IMG/VR virus record: IMGVR_UViG_3300023184_004167
Location: 74,366 to 138,365 of that record
Length of the DNA stretch: 64,000 bases
Origin: a virus
Strand: one strand, 5' to 3'
The position numbers and the translations under genes were made by a program. The notes under the pieces were generated by a model. That model did not search any database. It was not told the origin of the DNA and worked only from the letters and a program-made list of their open reading frames with translations. Each line of letters starts with the position of its first letter. Positions within the stretch are counted from its first letter, which is position 1. Below, in pieces: positions 22,301 to 31,978 of this stretch.

Positions 22301-24386
22301 CAACAACAATTTTCCAAGTTAAACTTCCCGTTCTACTTGTATTGTTATAAGTATAAACAGGTTCAGGTCTTCCTAAAAAATCAGTGCTTTTCCAATTAGC
22401 ACTTGATGTTTCATTAAAGGTTAACCCATATGGTGGAAACCACATAACTCTACCCCCATTTGGACCTCTTTCACATACAGGTAAATCAGTTACAGTATAA
22501 CCAGGTCTATTTGATGTTCTCCAAGCCAAATTTTCTATTGAGAACATATACTTTTTAGCATACTCCCCATTTACCCCTCCCATCACTAAATTAGTTGAAT
22601 CTTGTCCTCCCTCTCTTTTATTGGGATACATATTCAAATTATATGTCTTATCTAAAACGGAATAACTAAATCTTCTTCCTTCCGTTGTCATCCCATCAGT
22701 TTTTTGTAAATCATTGTATTGGAGATATGGTGTATCTTTTGCAAAAACTCTGCAATATTCAGCCCCTTTCTCTTGTCCTATATCACCGACATAGGTTAAT
22801 ACTCTAGAACCCTTTGTAAGTTCTCTATAACCATCGTGAAACACTTTGCTGACTTGGTCAATAGCATTACCCACATGCTGTAATCTTTTACCTCCTTGAG
22901 GTTGACTATTGATTAATCTTTGTGTGTCATCTAATATTGAACCTGTCTTAAACGCAATGTTTGTAGATTCTGTTGGAGCGTATGATGATTCTTTAAAATC
23001 TGAATCTTCTTTTACAATCTCCCCACCTACACCTACTTTTTTACCTGCATTGTTTTTATACTTTGGTGAAACCCAAGTAAGTCCTCCCTCAACGCCGCCA
23101 CCATCACTATATGTTGGACCGTTAGCGGCTAATCTAATCTCTTTACTAGGTCCCTCATATAATTGAGCCAATTCAACCGGACCAAATACAGGTGATTGAA
23201 TTTCTTTACCAAACTCATTTACAGGTAATGATTTACTTGGTGAGAATATTCTTGAAGGTTCTGAAGTTGTTGAACCAATATAATAATTACTATTATTAGT
23301 TTGGGTTCCAACAATTGCTCCCGCCAATCTATCAAATATGTTTCTATCGTACCCCGGTTTATATCTATTATAATCAAGATTACCAAATAATCTTGATTTT
23401 TGTCCAGCACCTGTATTGTTTAAAAATAATTGTGAACCATTTTTACCCGTTCCTAAAAGTGTTGATAAAATTTGTCCTACTGCTGTCTGTCCCGCAGTAT
23501 TATTATAAGCATTTTGTAATTGTTGTATTGTTGTTGGTTGTCCAGGATTAATACTTGCATCAAAGTATGAACCCGGTATTGGTGATACGGGTATTGTACT
23601 TCCCGCTAATCTTAACGCAAAGTCAGCGGCAGCAATAATAGGATTAGAAGGTACGGTAATTTGATAGTTAGGTTGAATTAAAGGTATTTGTCCTGTAACC
23701 AATCCTAACACATCTGTTCCACTATTTGCATTTAATATATTTGCCCTTCCTACTGTTTGTCTTCTTATTTCTCTAGCAATCCTTTCTTGAAACTCAACTC
23801 TTAAAACTTTGGCACCTAACCGAGCAATAAACGAATCTTGACTTAAAAGTCCATTACTACCTCCTGGGTTGGGAGATAAAAGAATCGCAGCCGGACTATA
23901 AAAAGATGCAACAAAAGTTGTTGGATAAGGTTGAGCGTTTCCTGTTCTTCCTTGATTTATCTGTAATATTTCTAAACTTGAGAAATTTACCGCTGAATCT
24001 ATAACACTATTTCCCGCACCATTACCATAAGCATTAAGTATTTTCCAATGTGGTGCTTCTTGATATGCTTCTTGTATTAAATTGGCGTCTTGTACACCAT
24101 ATTCCCCTTCATTTGAGTTTGTGTTTTGTAATGTATTTGGGTCTCTTACTTGTTCATATCCTCCATCAGCACCATATTGGTTTAATGGATATAATCTATT
24201 TGCAAATGTTGGTTGGTCAATTAAGTCATCAGGACTATCTATTACGCTATAATTAGATTGAATTATTTCAAAATTAATTGGGGGCGTCGCCCTATTTGGT
24301 GACTTAGCATAAGGTGCCAAGTTCCTAACCATTAGTCTATTTCTAAAAGTTTCTGTTGAAGGGAAGTCTAACGGACTATTAGCCAT
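19350..24386 (-). CDS. Large tail/baseplate protein (tube-initiator-like halves) with internal OmpA-like domain
   Basis: WFPPYGLTFNETSSANWKSTDFLGRPEPVYTYNNTSRTGSLTWKIVVD and PPVLILRVGDFFHTKII..QPMIANITMSFKFVG segments flank YFGNDYP..SCSAPASQTYNVELSKRRIGS..CRRA. Confidence 0.7.
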   Translation of the reverse strand: MANSPLDFPSTETFRNRLMVRNLAPYAKSPNRATPPINFEIIQSNYSVIDSPDDLIDQPTFANRLYPLNQYGADGGYEQVRDPNTLQNTNSNEGEYGVQDANLIQEAYQEAPHWKILNAYGNGAGNSVIDSAVNFSSLEILQINQGRTGNAQPYPTTFVASFYSPAAILLSPNPGGSNGLLSQDSFIARLGAKVLRVEFQERIAREIRRQTVGRANILNANSGTDVLGLVTGQIPLIQPNYQITVPSNPIIAAADFALRLAGSTIPVSPIPGSYFDASINPGQPTTIQQLQNAYNNTAGQTAVGQILSTLLGTGKNGSQLFLNNTGAGQKSRLFGNLDYNRYKPGYDRNIFDRLAGAIVGTQTNNSNYYIGSTTSEPSRIFSPSKSLPVNEFGKEIQSPVFGPVELAQLYEGPSKEIRLAANGPTYSDGGGVEGGLTWVSPKYKNNAGKKVGVGGEIVKEDSDFKESSYAPTESTNIAFKTGSILDDTQRLINSQPQGGKRLQHVGNAIDQVSKVFHDGYRELTKGSRVLTYVGDIGQEKGAEYCRVFAKDTPYLQYNDLQKTDGMTTEGRRFSYSVLDKTYNLNMYPNKREGGQDSTNLVMGGVNGEYAKKYMFSIENLAWRTSNRPGYTVTDLPVCERGPNGGRVMWFPPYGLTFNETSSANWKSTDFLGRPEPVYTYNNTSRTGSLTWKIVVDHPSVLNLIVNKVLANETNKVRIDSILESFFAGCRKYDLYDLAKKYYTVNPNDLFEIQKEIQNRDVSTERMRYVKQSVTTGEDATPNTFTSTKTPIKTLDDFNNKGVYFGNDYPKPGNNTQNYTIEYARYTAPSNVAGYVAHNSESNTFFNNVITPNYQDMDKLAIEIDKLLSNSENKGTISLTIASSCSAPASQTYNVELSKRRIGSLITYFTENVHTKNHVKNNKLLFNQVPKGEIDRAQVQQYTGGQWQSSNSYSCSDENGETGAVGSHDIYTTKAMACRRAYLLKIDTSTLSAPDTKTTVEGKASTKVTQDVDVPENYTETTQVPEEVTKTVIRDNITKRVLRSLLSECDYFETIKEETPMVYDNLREKLKFFNPAFHSTTPEGLNSRLTFLQQCLRPGDTIPVTQKNGALQYNNATNTAFGTPPVLILRVGDFFHTKIIPDSLGLTYENLDINPEGIGIQPMIANITMSFKFVGGQGLSGAVDKLQNALTFNYYANTEMYDDRADVTDTSYKVLDKEFLDYFNIQVPPPTVNQVQNNNGQSNGQTIGVITSATTTQSGETGFINYQGYMNGFLLSTQNYFTTIFNKNKEVVSQYNNAVRQVWNKERNYTDGAFLYTKSDKTKLFGKPKNVEQSVDKIFNDFINDIDSDTEGFIQFIKGTTLHPKNFTSKAIKTIKDNYKTYIKAKKSNYQSALTKLTQDLVIQEQNLITNIAKNNAITFGQQNVSGTDGLQQKNSFVKLYVTLPTTKVNDTTYPDTLRELTGDSIKIASAITQFNTVIQTKITFKHLATDYNGVLVYGFEKIPEDKVFVPFSREIKFKDVSFQRSYFILNQDVIDDVKYTTFKQQIIGNLLSNPSLFAGGDSDIGTQFDAYWKIDATQSPSAKTLFVNENAITQSFFTEMEKNQLKNYLIFTPFTGAKIKKYEFTYNTNVDRQSESPFKKRREELIKALGNSTNQYPSFSDWSNQTSSGILVCKVKLN

Positions 24387-24443
24387 TTAATCTATTTTAA
24401 TATAAATAGGTTGTTCTATTTTTTTTATTCTTATTGTGGTATT

Positions 24444-26165
24444 TTACCACCCCGCTTTTTTAAGATTTTGTCTTTGGTTTGCATCTAAATTTAAGAATGT
24501 TTCATAAACTTTTGATTTAAAATCTGAACTATTTAACCAATTTTCAAAATCTTGTTTGTTTGTTCCTGGAGGGGCATCTACCTTAAAAGTTACAACCCCT
24601 CCAAAATCAACTTTTTGAGTTAACCCTTTACTACTTGCAGATAGTGTTCCTGAAGGTAGTTTTGATTTAACTCTAGTTTCATCATAAATTAATTTTTTTG
24701 CCCTTTCTTCTATTTTAGCGGCAACTGTTTCAAATCCACCTGTAGCATTATTTTTCAAATTAGTGATTTGAAGTTTTATATTTTCTATTGCTGCTTGCGA
24801 TTCGGGTCCACTCATATCTCCTTTATTATTTATAAATTCTTTTAATAAAGTTGATAAATTATCAACACTTTTTGTCACTTCAGGTCTAATGTCAGAACTC
24901 TTAGGAACCGCATTATATATATCATTCATTGATTGTGTACTAAACTCTCTAATATTTTCACTAAGTTTTTTTACTTGGTCAGCACTAACAACACCATATT
25001 CAAGTCCACTTCTCATTGATACAAGTGTAGACACAATTTGTTTCTGAGCATCTAATTGTTCTGTTGCCAATTCTTCCATTGTTAACTCGCCTTTCTCTTT
25101 TTGTTGTTTAATAAGCAAATTAACCTGTTCTTGAGTTAAATCAGAAAGTTTCTTTGTCTCAATTTTACCATCTTCATCTTTAATATTAACTTCATATTCA
25201 CCTTGTGTATTCATTTTGGAAATACTACCAAGAAGTTGTTTATCTTCTTCACTTTGAAAATTAATACTTGGTTTTAATTCACCTAACGCTTTATCTAAAT
25301 TTGCAACAGCCAACGCTGATTTTGCTAGATTGTCATAACTCATATTTGTTTGTTTAGCCAATTCCCTCATTTGCAGAATCCCCATAGGGCTAATTTTAAA
25401 ACTCTTTGTCTTCTCATCAAACTCAGTATATTGTTTTGTCATCCGAGCCAAACTCTCTTGTAATCCTTTCGGGTCATTCAAAGACATATTCATCAACTGA
25501 AATGGGTCATTTAATTCCCCTGATGCAACCCCCATTCTTTGAAACGCTGATGCCATAGCCACCGCAGCATCTGGGTCTAAAACTTTGTCGGCAAACCTCT
25601 GAGTTTCACTCATATCAAATTTTAAAATTGATGCGTTTGCCGCCATTTTTGTTAACCCTTGAACTCCTCCCTCAAAATTAAATTGATTCATCAAAGACAT
25701 ATTTCTAACAACATCCCCCATTACTTGTTTAGAATTTAATCCCAAATTTTGGACATAATTAATCGCGTGTTCCATTTGTGGTCCAATTTGAGAAAATTGA
25801 ACTCCTACATCTTGAAACCCTTTTACAAGACTATTAGTACTTAAATCAAGAACTTTATTTATAGAGTATAATTTTGCTGCGTCTTCTTGACTGGCGATAA
25901 CATTTCTTTGAGTTGCTTCTGATACATCTTTTAATACATTAAAAGCATCATTAGTTGTTCCGCCTAATTTTTCAATCGCTGGTATGGTATCCGCAATAGC
26001 ATTTTGTATTTCTTGTATTCTTTGTCTATTCTGAGTAAATACATTATTTAAAGCTGTTGCGTTTCCTGTCATTTCTCTATATGCGTGCTCAAAGTCAGGC
26101 ATAAGTTCTTTAAACTTATCTAAAAATTTTTGTAATACGCTTGTTTCATCATCTGCTGGTGCCAT
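24444..26165 (-). CDS. Tape measure protein
   Basis: 573 aa, helical Ala/Gln/Met-rich; immediately downstream of tail chaperone. Confidence 0.75.
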   Translation of the reverse strand: MAPADDETSVLQKFLDKFKELMPDFEHAYREMTGNATALNNVFTQNRQRIQEIQNAIADTIPAIEKLGGTTNDAFNVLKDVSEATQRNVIASQEDAAKLYSINKVLDLSTNSLVKGFQDVGVQFSQIGPQMEHAINYVQNLGLNSKQVMGDVVRNMSLMNQFNFEGGVQGLTKMAANASILKFDMSETQRFADKVLDPDAAVAMASAFQRMGVASGELNDPFQLMNMSLNDPKGLQESLARMTKQYTEFDEKTKSFKISPMGILQMRELAKQTNMSYDNLAKSALAVANLDKALGELKPSINFQSEEDKQLLGSISKMNTQGEYEVNIKDEDGKIETKKLSDLTQEQVNLLIKQQKEKGELTMEELATEQLDAQKQIVSTLVSMRSGLEYGVVSADQVKKLSENIREFSTQSMNDIYNAVPKSSDIRPEVTKSVDNLSTLLKEFINNKGDMSGPESQAAIENIKLQITNLKNNATGGFETVAAKIEERAKKLIYDETRVKSKLPSGTLSASSKGLTQKVDFGGVVTFKVDAPPGTNKQDFENWLNSSDFKSKVYETFLNLDANQRQNLKKAGW

Positions 26166-26191
26166 ATAATTTTGTTTTATTATAAATAGAA

Positions 26192-26215
26192 CAAGGACTA
26201 AAAAATTAGTCCTTG
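26192..26215 (-). terminator. Terminator hairpin overlapping the stop of the frameshift ORF
   Basis: CAAGGACTAA/TTAGTCCTTG perfect 10-bp stem. Confidence 0.7.
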
Positions 26216-26358
26216 CTATTACTTTCTACCCATTTATCTAAAAGATATCTCCGAATAAAAATCGGCATCCTTTCAAAATCAGAGTAAGTTATTTTTAATA
26301 ATGTGTTTAAATAATAAAATTCATCAATTTGAGATTTTCTATAATTAGAAGAAAGGGC
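26206..26358 (-). CDS. +1-frame extension of tail assembly chaperone (gp51/GT-like C-terminal domain); not in ORF track
   Basis: Open frame ALSSNYRKSQIDEFYYLNTLLKITYSDFERMPIFIRRYLLDKWVESNSKD*; no start codon before the internal Met; reached by a +1 shift at TTT TTT CGC (26357-26365). Confidence 0.7.
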   Translation of the reverse strand, partial: ALSSNYRKSQIDEFYYLNTLLKITYSDFERMPIFIRRYLLDKWVESNSKD

Positions 26359-27082
26359 GAAAAAAGTCCACCCCAAATCCGACGTTAATTGTCAGTTTCT
26401 CTCCTGATGGGGCTGTAATTTTTTTTGTTAAATCAAGTCTAGGTTCGTTTTCGTTCATAAACTTTCTAATATATTTAGAATCTGCAATCGGTAATTGCTC
26501 AACAAATTTTGCAATCTCGCCCATATCAATAGTTCCATTAACCTCAACAATTTCTTTTTGTAGTCTCATTGTAACTTTTGGCGGAACTCTACCCAAAGGA
26601 TATGATTCAATTGTTTTATTTATTAATACTGTATCACCATTTGTTAATGGTTTTAATTTTATTGTTGTATTACTTTTTGGTAAAAGTACCGTAAATGTTC
26701 CGTCTGGGTTTGGGTCAATTCCTTTTATTAAAGGTAATTGGTCCAATAAAACATCAACTTTAAATTCTTTCTTTGTTACCGGGTCTATTGCTGTAACAGT
26801 AATTTCAGGCCCGAATGAAGTATTTCTTAAAAAGATTAAGATTGCTTCAATATCTCCCTCTAACATATCCTCCACTTTAAAGTCGGGTTCATATATTTTT
26901 GCCCTTAATAAATTTGTTGCAATGTCTCCCCCACCTAATAAGATATTCTCATCCATTGCAGTTAAATAACCAACTTTAATTGATTGTTTTTTATTTTTAT
27001 AAAACACACCCCCAGATGGTAAAGGTACCACATCGTGGGGAAGAGTTAAATTTTGTTGTCCGTATTGTCTTGATTCGTCCAT
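26345..27082 (-). CDS. Tail assembly chaperone / baseplate hub assembly protein (T4 gp26-like)
   Basis: VPLPSGGVFY, YLTAMDENILL, GDIEAILIFLRNTSFG, LPKS..IKLKPLT, ends VDFFRPFF; between tube and tape measure genes. Confidence 0.82.
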   Translation of the reverse strand: MDESRQYGQQNLTLPHDVVPLPSGGVFYKNKKQSIKVGYLTAMDENILLGGGDIATNLLRAKIYEPDFKVEDMLEGDIEAILIFLRNTSFGPEITVTAIDPVTKKEFKVDVLLDQLPLIKGIDPNPDGTFTVLLPKSNTTIKLKPLTNGDTVLINKTIESYPLGRVPPKVTMRLQKEIVEVNGTIDMGEIAKFVEQLPIADSKYIRKFMNENEPRLDLTKKITAPSGEKLTINVGFGVDFFRPFF

Positions 27083-27156
27083 AATTTTATTTTATAGATT
27101 AAATGTAAGTAAGATTAATGGTTTATAAAGATATTTTTTTATAACCTATTAGAAAT

Positions 27157-27188
27157 AAAAATTCCCGTATATAAAATATACAGGAATT
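27157..27188 (-). terminator. Terminator after tail tube gene
   Basis: AATTCCCGTATA/TATACAGGAATT imperfect stem plus T-run. Confidence 0.6.
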
Positions 27189-27220
27189 CATTAATATCGT
27201 CAATAAATAGATAATCTTTA

Positions 27221-27709
27221 TTAGTAAACCAATACACATCTATCCATTCTTAAAGTTGCTGTGATTGTTGCCAAAGCATCTGATTTGTAATCCAAAGTAT
27301 TGAAGTTCACATCAGTTAAGAATGTACCATACAATATCCACTTTTCAACAACTACACCCGTTGGGTCCAACATCTCCAAGTCAATATCTTTTTTATATCC
27401 TGCAGCATAACCCATTCTACCTGTAACAGATTCTGCGTGTAAACGAACCCACTCCATAAGAGCTTGTGCAGCTGAAGGCCCAATTGGGTCTCTAAAGGTC
27501 ACGTTAATTGTTTGCCAGTTAAATCTACCTGCAACCCACGTTGATGTATTTAAGAATTGAATCTCAGTTGCAGCAATTGATATGTGAGGTCTAGATGAAC
27601 TCTCAATAAACCACTCATTGATACCTAAACTTGAAGGAAACCTTAAAATGAATCGGTTCTGTCTTTTCGGTTCATAAGGTATGGGCATTTTCATTAATAA
27701 ATCAGCCAT
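27221..27709 (-). CDS. Tail tube protein (T4 gp19-like)
   Basis: YEPKRQNRF, GRFNWQTINVTFRDPI, YKKDIDLEMLDPTGVVVEKWILYG. Confidence 0.9.
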   Translation of the reverse strand: MADLLMKMPIPYEPKRQNRFILRFPSSLGINEWFIESSSRPHISIAATEIQFLNTSTWVAGRFNWQTINVTFRDPIGPSAAQALMEWVRLHAESVTGRMGYAAGYKKDIDLEMLDPTGVVVEKWILYGTFLTDVNFNTLDYKSDALATITATLRMDRCVLVY

Positions 27710-27865
27710 ATTATATTGTATTTAATTTTTTTGTTTATTGATAATAAATAGTACCTTTTTTAAAAAATTTATCTATTTACTTTTGTTTTAATTTTTTTTA
27801 TCCTTTATATATCCAGTTCCAGTATCCAGTATTAATAATTCTTAATATATCTTAATAATAATTAA

Positions 27866-28696
27866 TTATTTATATTCTTTTTTAATACCTCCAGCTGTAG
27901 AATAAGTCTTAACTATATTATCCGGCTTGTTCTCAAAATGTTTCTTCATCGCTTCAACATTTCTAATATCATCATCAGAAAACCCTATTTTAGGCATTTT
28001 AGGAATAAATTTATTTCCCAAATCTTTTTTGATATATGCCTTTTTATTTAACAACGCTGACATCGCCCTAATATAAGATACAAATTCATCCATCGCCATA
28101 ACCTTTGCTTGTTCAGGATTTTCAGCCCCTTTAACATCACCAAATGAAACGGGGTGGTATCTGTTAAGTTCTAAATAAGATTTAATTAAATCATTATCAC
28201 TCATCTCACCCTCATCAGAAAAAGTTCTAAACTTCCTTAAGTTTTTAATCAATTGGTCTTTATCTATACCATTAAAATTTGAAATGATGTAGTTGTACAC
28301 CCCTTGTTTTAAAGTCTCAGGATTGTGTCCCCTAGCCGTTACAATTGCAAATATTGAACCATTATTAATAGATTCTCTAAAATCATCAAATGCTGGTCCG
28401 GGAATTGCTCTCATTGCATCAACTAAAAATTGTTTATCCCCCTCTACTCTAAAATTCCTAAAAGGATTTTCTGCATAACCTACAATAGTTTCCCCGTTAT
28501 ATTTAAAATCTTTTTTTCCAATGTCGTGTCTATGTTCCGCAAAATCCTCTGTTCCCATACCTACTTCATCCCCTTCACTATTTTTTAATATTATCTTTGT
28601 TGGCATTGAAACAATATTGTCATCCCAATCAAATGCATAATATTTCATATCTGGAGTACTTTCCTCATTAAAACCTTCTAAAATAAATCTTTTCAT
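27866..28696 (-). CDS. HAD-superfamily phosphatase-like protein
   Basis: Motif I YAFDWDDNI, motif II IVTARGH, conserved K, motif IV GFSDDD; start moved to MKRFILE (28696) because the upstream ATG lies at the sheath terminator. Confidence 0.7.
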   Translation of the reverse strand: MKRFILEGFNEESTPDMKYYAFDWDDNIVSMPTKIILKNSEGDEVGMGTEDFAEHRHDIGKKDFKYNGETIVGYAENPFRNFRVEGDKQFLVDAMRAIPGPAFDDFRESINNGSIFAIVTARGHNPETLKQGVYNYIISNFNGIDKDQLIKNLRKFRTFSDEGEMSDNDLIKSYLELNRYHPVSFGDVKGAENPEQAKVMAMDEFVSYIRAMSALLNKKAYIKKDLGNKFIPKMPKIGFSDDDIRNVEAMKKHFENKPDNIVKTYSTAGGIKKEYK

Positions 28697-28705
28697 AAGT
28701 ACAAA

Positions 28706-28733
28706 GATAGGGGATATTTTACAACCCCCTATC
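28706..28733 (-). terminator. Terminator after tail sheath gene
   Basis: GATAGGGG/CCCCTATC stem. Confidence 0.7.
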
Positions 28734-28747
28734 ATATTTTAAATTTA

Positions 28748-31700
28748 TTATATATTCTCAAAAGACGCACCTGTTGGTGTTATCAAGAATTCAATATTGA
28801 TAAACTCAAGTGCTCTTGTTGGCTTAAGATAAATTTTACCATTTAAAGTGTTTCTATCCAAATCTTCAGGTGAAGATGATACAGTCACACGGAAATCATA
28901 CAAACCTCTATCTCTTCTAATTGCGTCTAATATTGGGTTAACACTATCCAAGAATTGTTGTCTAACTATTTGGTCGTTTTGTTCAAACAATAATCTAACA
29001 GCAACTGCGGATATTAATTTACGAGCCTGTAATAACAATCTTCTAACATTTAATCTGTTAAGAGCTGAATCAGAAATTTGTAAAGTTTTATTACCCCATA
29101 TTACTGTACCAACATCAGAGAAGGTTGCAATTGGGTTAATTCTACCTTGATACAAAGTATCTCTATCTTCTTGTGTTAATTTAAATCTTGCCTTAACTGA
29201 ATTAACCAAACCTCTTGTATAACCCGCAGATGCGAACCAAGGGAAAGCAATATTATCAGTCAATGCTAAATTTCTACAAACTTCACCTGTTGGTGGAAGA
29301 TATATCTGTGTATTATTAACAGTATCTCTAACAAGAATCCAAGGGTAGTAAGTTGCAGTATAGTTAGAATCAATACCTGTTTGGTCTAAATTATCTACAG
29401 CTTCTTGTGGTAAAATATTATTTATTGAATCACCACCATCAGGGGTATACATATCATAATCAGGTATTGCTGCGATATAAATAGAATCGGCTCTTTCATA
29501 TTGAACCATATTAATTGCTGCTTCAGCCAAACTGTCGTGATTTACTATATCAATACTACCTGTTGCGAATATGTTAATATTTGTTGCTTCAGGATTTGCA
29601 AAGGTTTCAATACCTAACAAATATGCGTAAAAATCGGTGTTTGCGTAATCAACAGTATTTTGATTAACAACAATTGGTTTGAACATACCATCACCTGTTG
29701 CTGTTGGATATCTTGTATCAGGTGCCGCTCCATCTAAATAACCTAATCCACCAAGACGGAATCTTTGTTCATTAGTTCTAAATTCTCTATAAACATCCCA
29801 TCCGTCAAAACCACCAGCAAAACATACTGTGAATTTTCTTGAATAGATAAAGTAATAAGGATTTGCTTGAGTTGATGGTTCACTATGGAAAGATGCAACA
29901 CCACAATCAAATGCGGTTTCACCACTTGTATCATATGAATTTGATATTGTAATAACAGTTGCTCCTGAATCCATATGGAAACCTCTTGTTTGATAATTCC
30001 AACTATCAGAGTCTGTAGCAGTTTCCCAACCAATTGTAGGATTTTGTTTACCTTTATATTGTAAGAATGAATCATCAACACCAAGTTTACTTGAGAAACC
30101 TAAATAAGTTCTTCTAATGACATCACCATTTGATGTAACAACATTTACACCACCTGAAGTACTTCCAAATGGAGGATTAAATACTGTTTCTCCTGGTATA
30201 TTATAATGTGTTTTATAAATTGCTATTGGTGATGGATTACTAGTATTAGAATAAACTCTTTGTGTATATCCGTGAAAACCACAAGGTAATGCATCAGCAG
30301 GATAATTGTCAGCCATTTCAACCATAATATATTTAGAAATTAAAGCGAACTCACCATTTGCAGTACCAATTTTTTTAGCAATAAAACTATTAGAATTAAT
30401 ATCTAAATTACAATTTGTAAATTTCTCAATTACCACAGGATTAGTATCAGTATCATAAAAACTTCTTACTAATACATCAAAAGTTTGATTATTAAAAGAG
30501 ATTCCCGCAATTGACACCTTAACTTCTGTATTTGCTGCGGTACCATCAGATATTGAAATAAATCTAAATAAATTAAAAACTTCAGTACCCCTTAGTTCAG
30601 AAACTAAGAAAGGTGTCATTGGTGTTGTATATTTTTCTAAATTCCAAGCAATTGATTGAGTACTTCTACTTCTTGCGTCAGGTAATGCAATTAAAGTACA
30701 ATCTAAACCACGAATATATCCTTTATTATAAAGATAATCCAAAGCACCTGCATAAATTTCTTCAACAAAAATAGGAACTTGAGTTCTTGATTTACCAAAA
30801 TTATCCATTCCAAGTACTTTAGTTATAAACTTACTACTTGATGCCAATAATGATGTCTCAAATGAGAATGTATTATTATCTTTAGTATAACCCGATAATA
30901 AGAATGTCGCAAAAGGACTTGATTGAACATATGAGTATTGGTCAGTACAAACCATTTGTAAATCATCTCCAATCCAATTACCAAAACTATCAACTCTACC
31001 AGGAACTTCATATTCAGGACCATGCTGTGTTGAACTATATTCAGATATACCTCTTGAACGAAGAGTTGCAACAATTAAATTATTAATCCCCTCATATGCA
31101 GTACCTGAAAAAGTATAAGTATTACCTGTTATTGTTATTTGAAATGATGTTGATGTTGATGTACCCGTTGATAAATTTGTAACATTATAATTAAAAGAAT
31201 ATCCAGGATAAACAACTCCCGTTGTTAAATGAAAATTAGAATAAAACCAAGAATCATTAGAACCTGCGGTTAAATCATTTGCATGCAAGTCTAAATCATC
31301 ACAACCAAATACATTACTTAATATTGTATATTGTGATGCCAAAACATTATAATCGGACTGAGGAATTGCACCATAAAAAATTGCGGTTGTTCCTGTTGTA
31401 CTTGGTGTTAATGCGTATGATGTTAATACATTTAAAGTGTCAGCAGAATATGTAGAGACTGAACCATTTGCCAATCTATATTGAGTGTTATAATTAGATG
31501 AAACTTCAATTGGTAATGCACCACTTATAAGTTGAATTGTATTTAAGGAAGTATCTCCTGTAAAAGTCGCTGTCCAAGGTGCTGTTGGTACTGAAGAATC
31601 AATACCTATTGTTGTACCATCAACATTAGCCGTTACCCTCAAACTCCAAGAAGGACCCGCATCATATCCTGATAAACCAAGAATTCTTGTTACGAATAAT

Positions 31701-31978
31701 TGATTAGATTGTTGAAGGTATGATTTAGCAATATATGCCGCTTCATACTTAGGGATTTGAGTTCCAATAAATTTTGTTGGTTCTGTTCCGCCAAAAAACG
31801 CTTGGAATTCGTCATAATTTGTTATGAAGATTGGTTCAAATGCAGGACCCCTTAAGGTTTCACCTACCAGACCTAATGTTGTAACACCGACACTTTGAGC
31901 GACGAATGATAAATCCGTCTCTGAAGTATACACCCCGGGTGATACGAATACTTTTTGATTTACTTGAGTTGTTGCCAT
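28748..31978 (-). CDS. Contractile tail sheath protein (T4 gp18-like)
   Basis: FVSPGVYTSETDLS, GPAFEP, PWFASAGYTRG, RDTLYQGRINPI, WGNKTLQ, LNRLNVRRLL, LKPTRALEFI. Confidence 0.96.
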   Translation of the reverse strand: MATTQVNQKVFVSPGVYTSETDLSFVAQSVGVTTLGLVGETLRGPAFEPIFITNYDEFQAFFGGTEPTKFIGTQIPKYEAAYIAKSYLQQSNQLFVTRILGLSGYDAGPSWSLRVTANVDGTTIGIDSSVPTAPWTATFTGDTSLNTIQLISGALPIEVSSNYNTQYRLANGSVSTYSADTLNVLTSYALTPSTTGTTAIFYGAIPQSDYNVLASQYTILSNVFGCDDLDLHANDLTAGSNDSWFYSNFHLTTGVVYPGYSFNYNVTNLSTGTSTSTSFQITITGNTYTFSGTAYEGINNLIVATLRSRGISEYSSTQHGPEYEVPGRVDSFGNWIGDDLQMVCTDQYSYVQSSPFATFLLSGYTKDNNTFSFETSLLASSSKFITKVLGMDNFGKSRTQVPIFVEEIYAGALDYLYNKGYIRGLDCTLIALPDARSRSTQSIAWNLEKYTTPMTPFLVSELRGTEVFNLFRFISISDGTAANTEVKVSIAGISFNNQTFDVLVRSFYDTDTNPVVIEKFTNCNLDINSNSFIAKKIGTANGEFALISKYIMVEMADNYPADALPCGFHGYTQRVYSNTSNPSPIAIYKTHYNIPGETVFNPPFGSTSGGVNVVTSNGDVIRRTYLGFSSKLGVDDSFLQYKGKQNPTIGWETATDSDSWNYQTRGFHMDSGATVITISNSYDTSGETAFDCGVASFHSEPSTQANPYYFIYSRKFTVCFAGGFDGWDVYREFRTNEQRFRLGGLGYLDGAAPDTRYPTATGDGMFKPIVVNQNTVDYANTDFYAYLLGIETFANPEATNINIFATGSIDIVNHDSLAEAAINMVQYERADSIYIAAIPDYDMYTPDGGDSINNILPQEAVDNLDQTGIDSNYTATYYPWILVRDTVNNTQIYLPPTGEVCRNLALTDNIAFPWFASAGYTRGLVNSVKARFKLTQEDRDTLYQGRINPIATFSDVGTVIWGNKTLQISDSALNRLNVRRLLLQARKLISAVAVRLLFEQNDQIVRQQFLDSVNPILDAIRRDRGLYDFRVTVSSSPEDLDRNTLNGKIYLKPTRALEFINIEFLITPTGASFENI

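Noticed and set aside
27811-27832. Three short TCCAGT repeats in an AT-rich intergenic region as origin iterons
   Set aside because: Too short and few to distinguish from chance; no supporting context.
28697-28735. ORF-track start at 28735
   Set aside because: The extension spans the sheath terminator hairpin; ATG at 28696 is more plausible.
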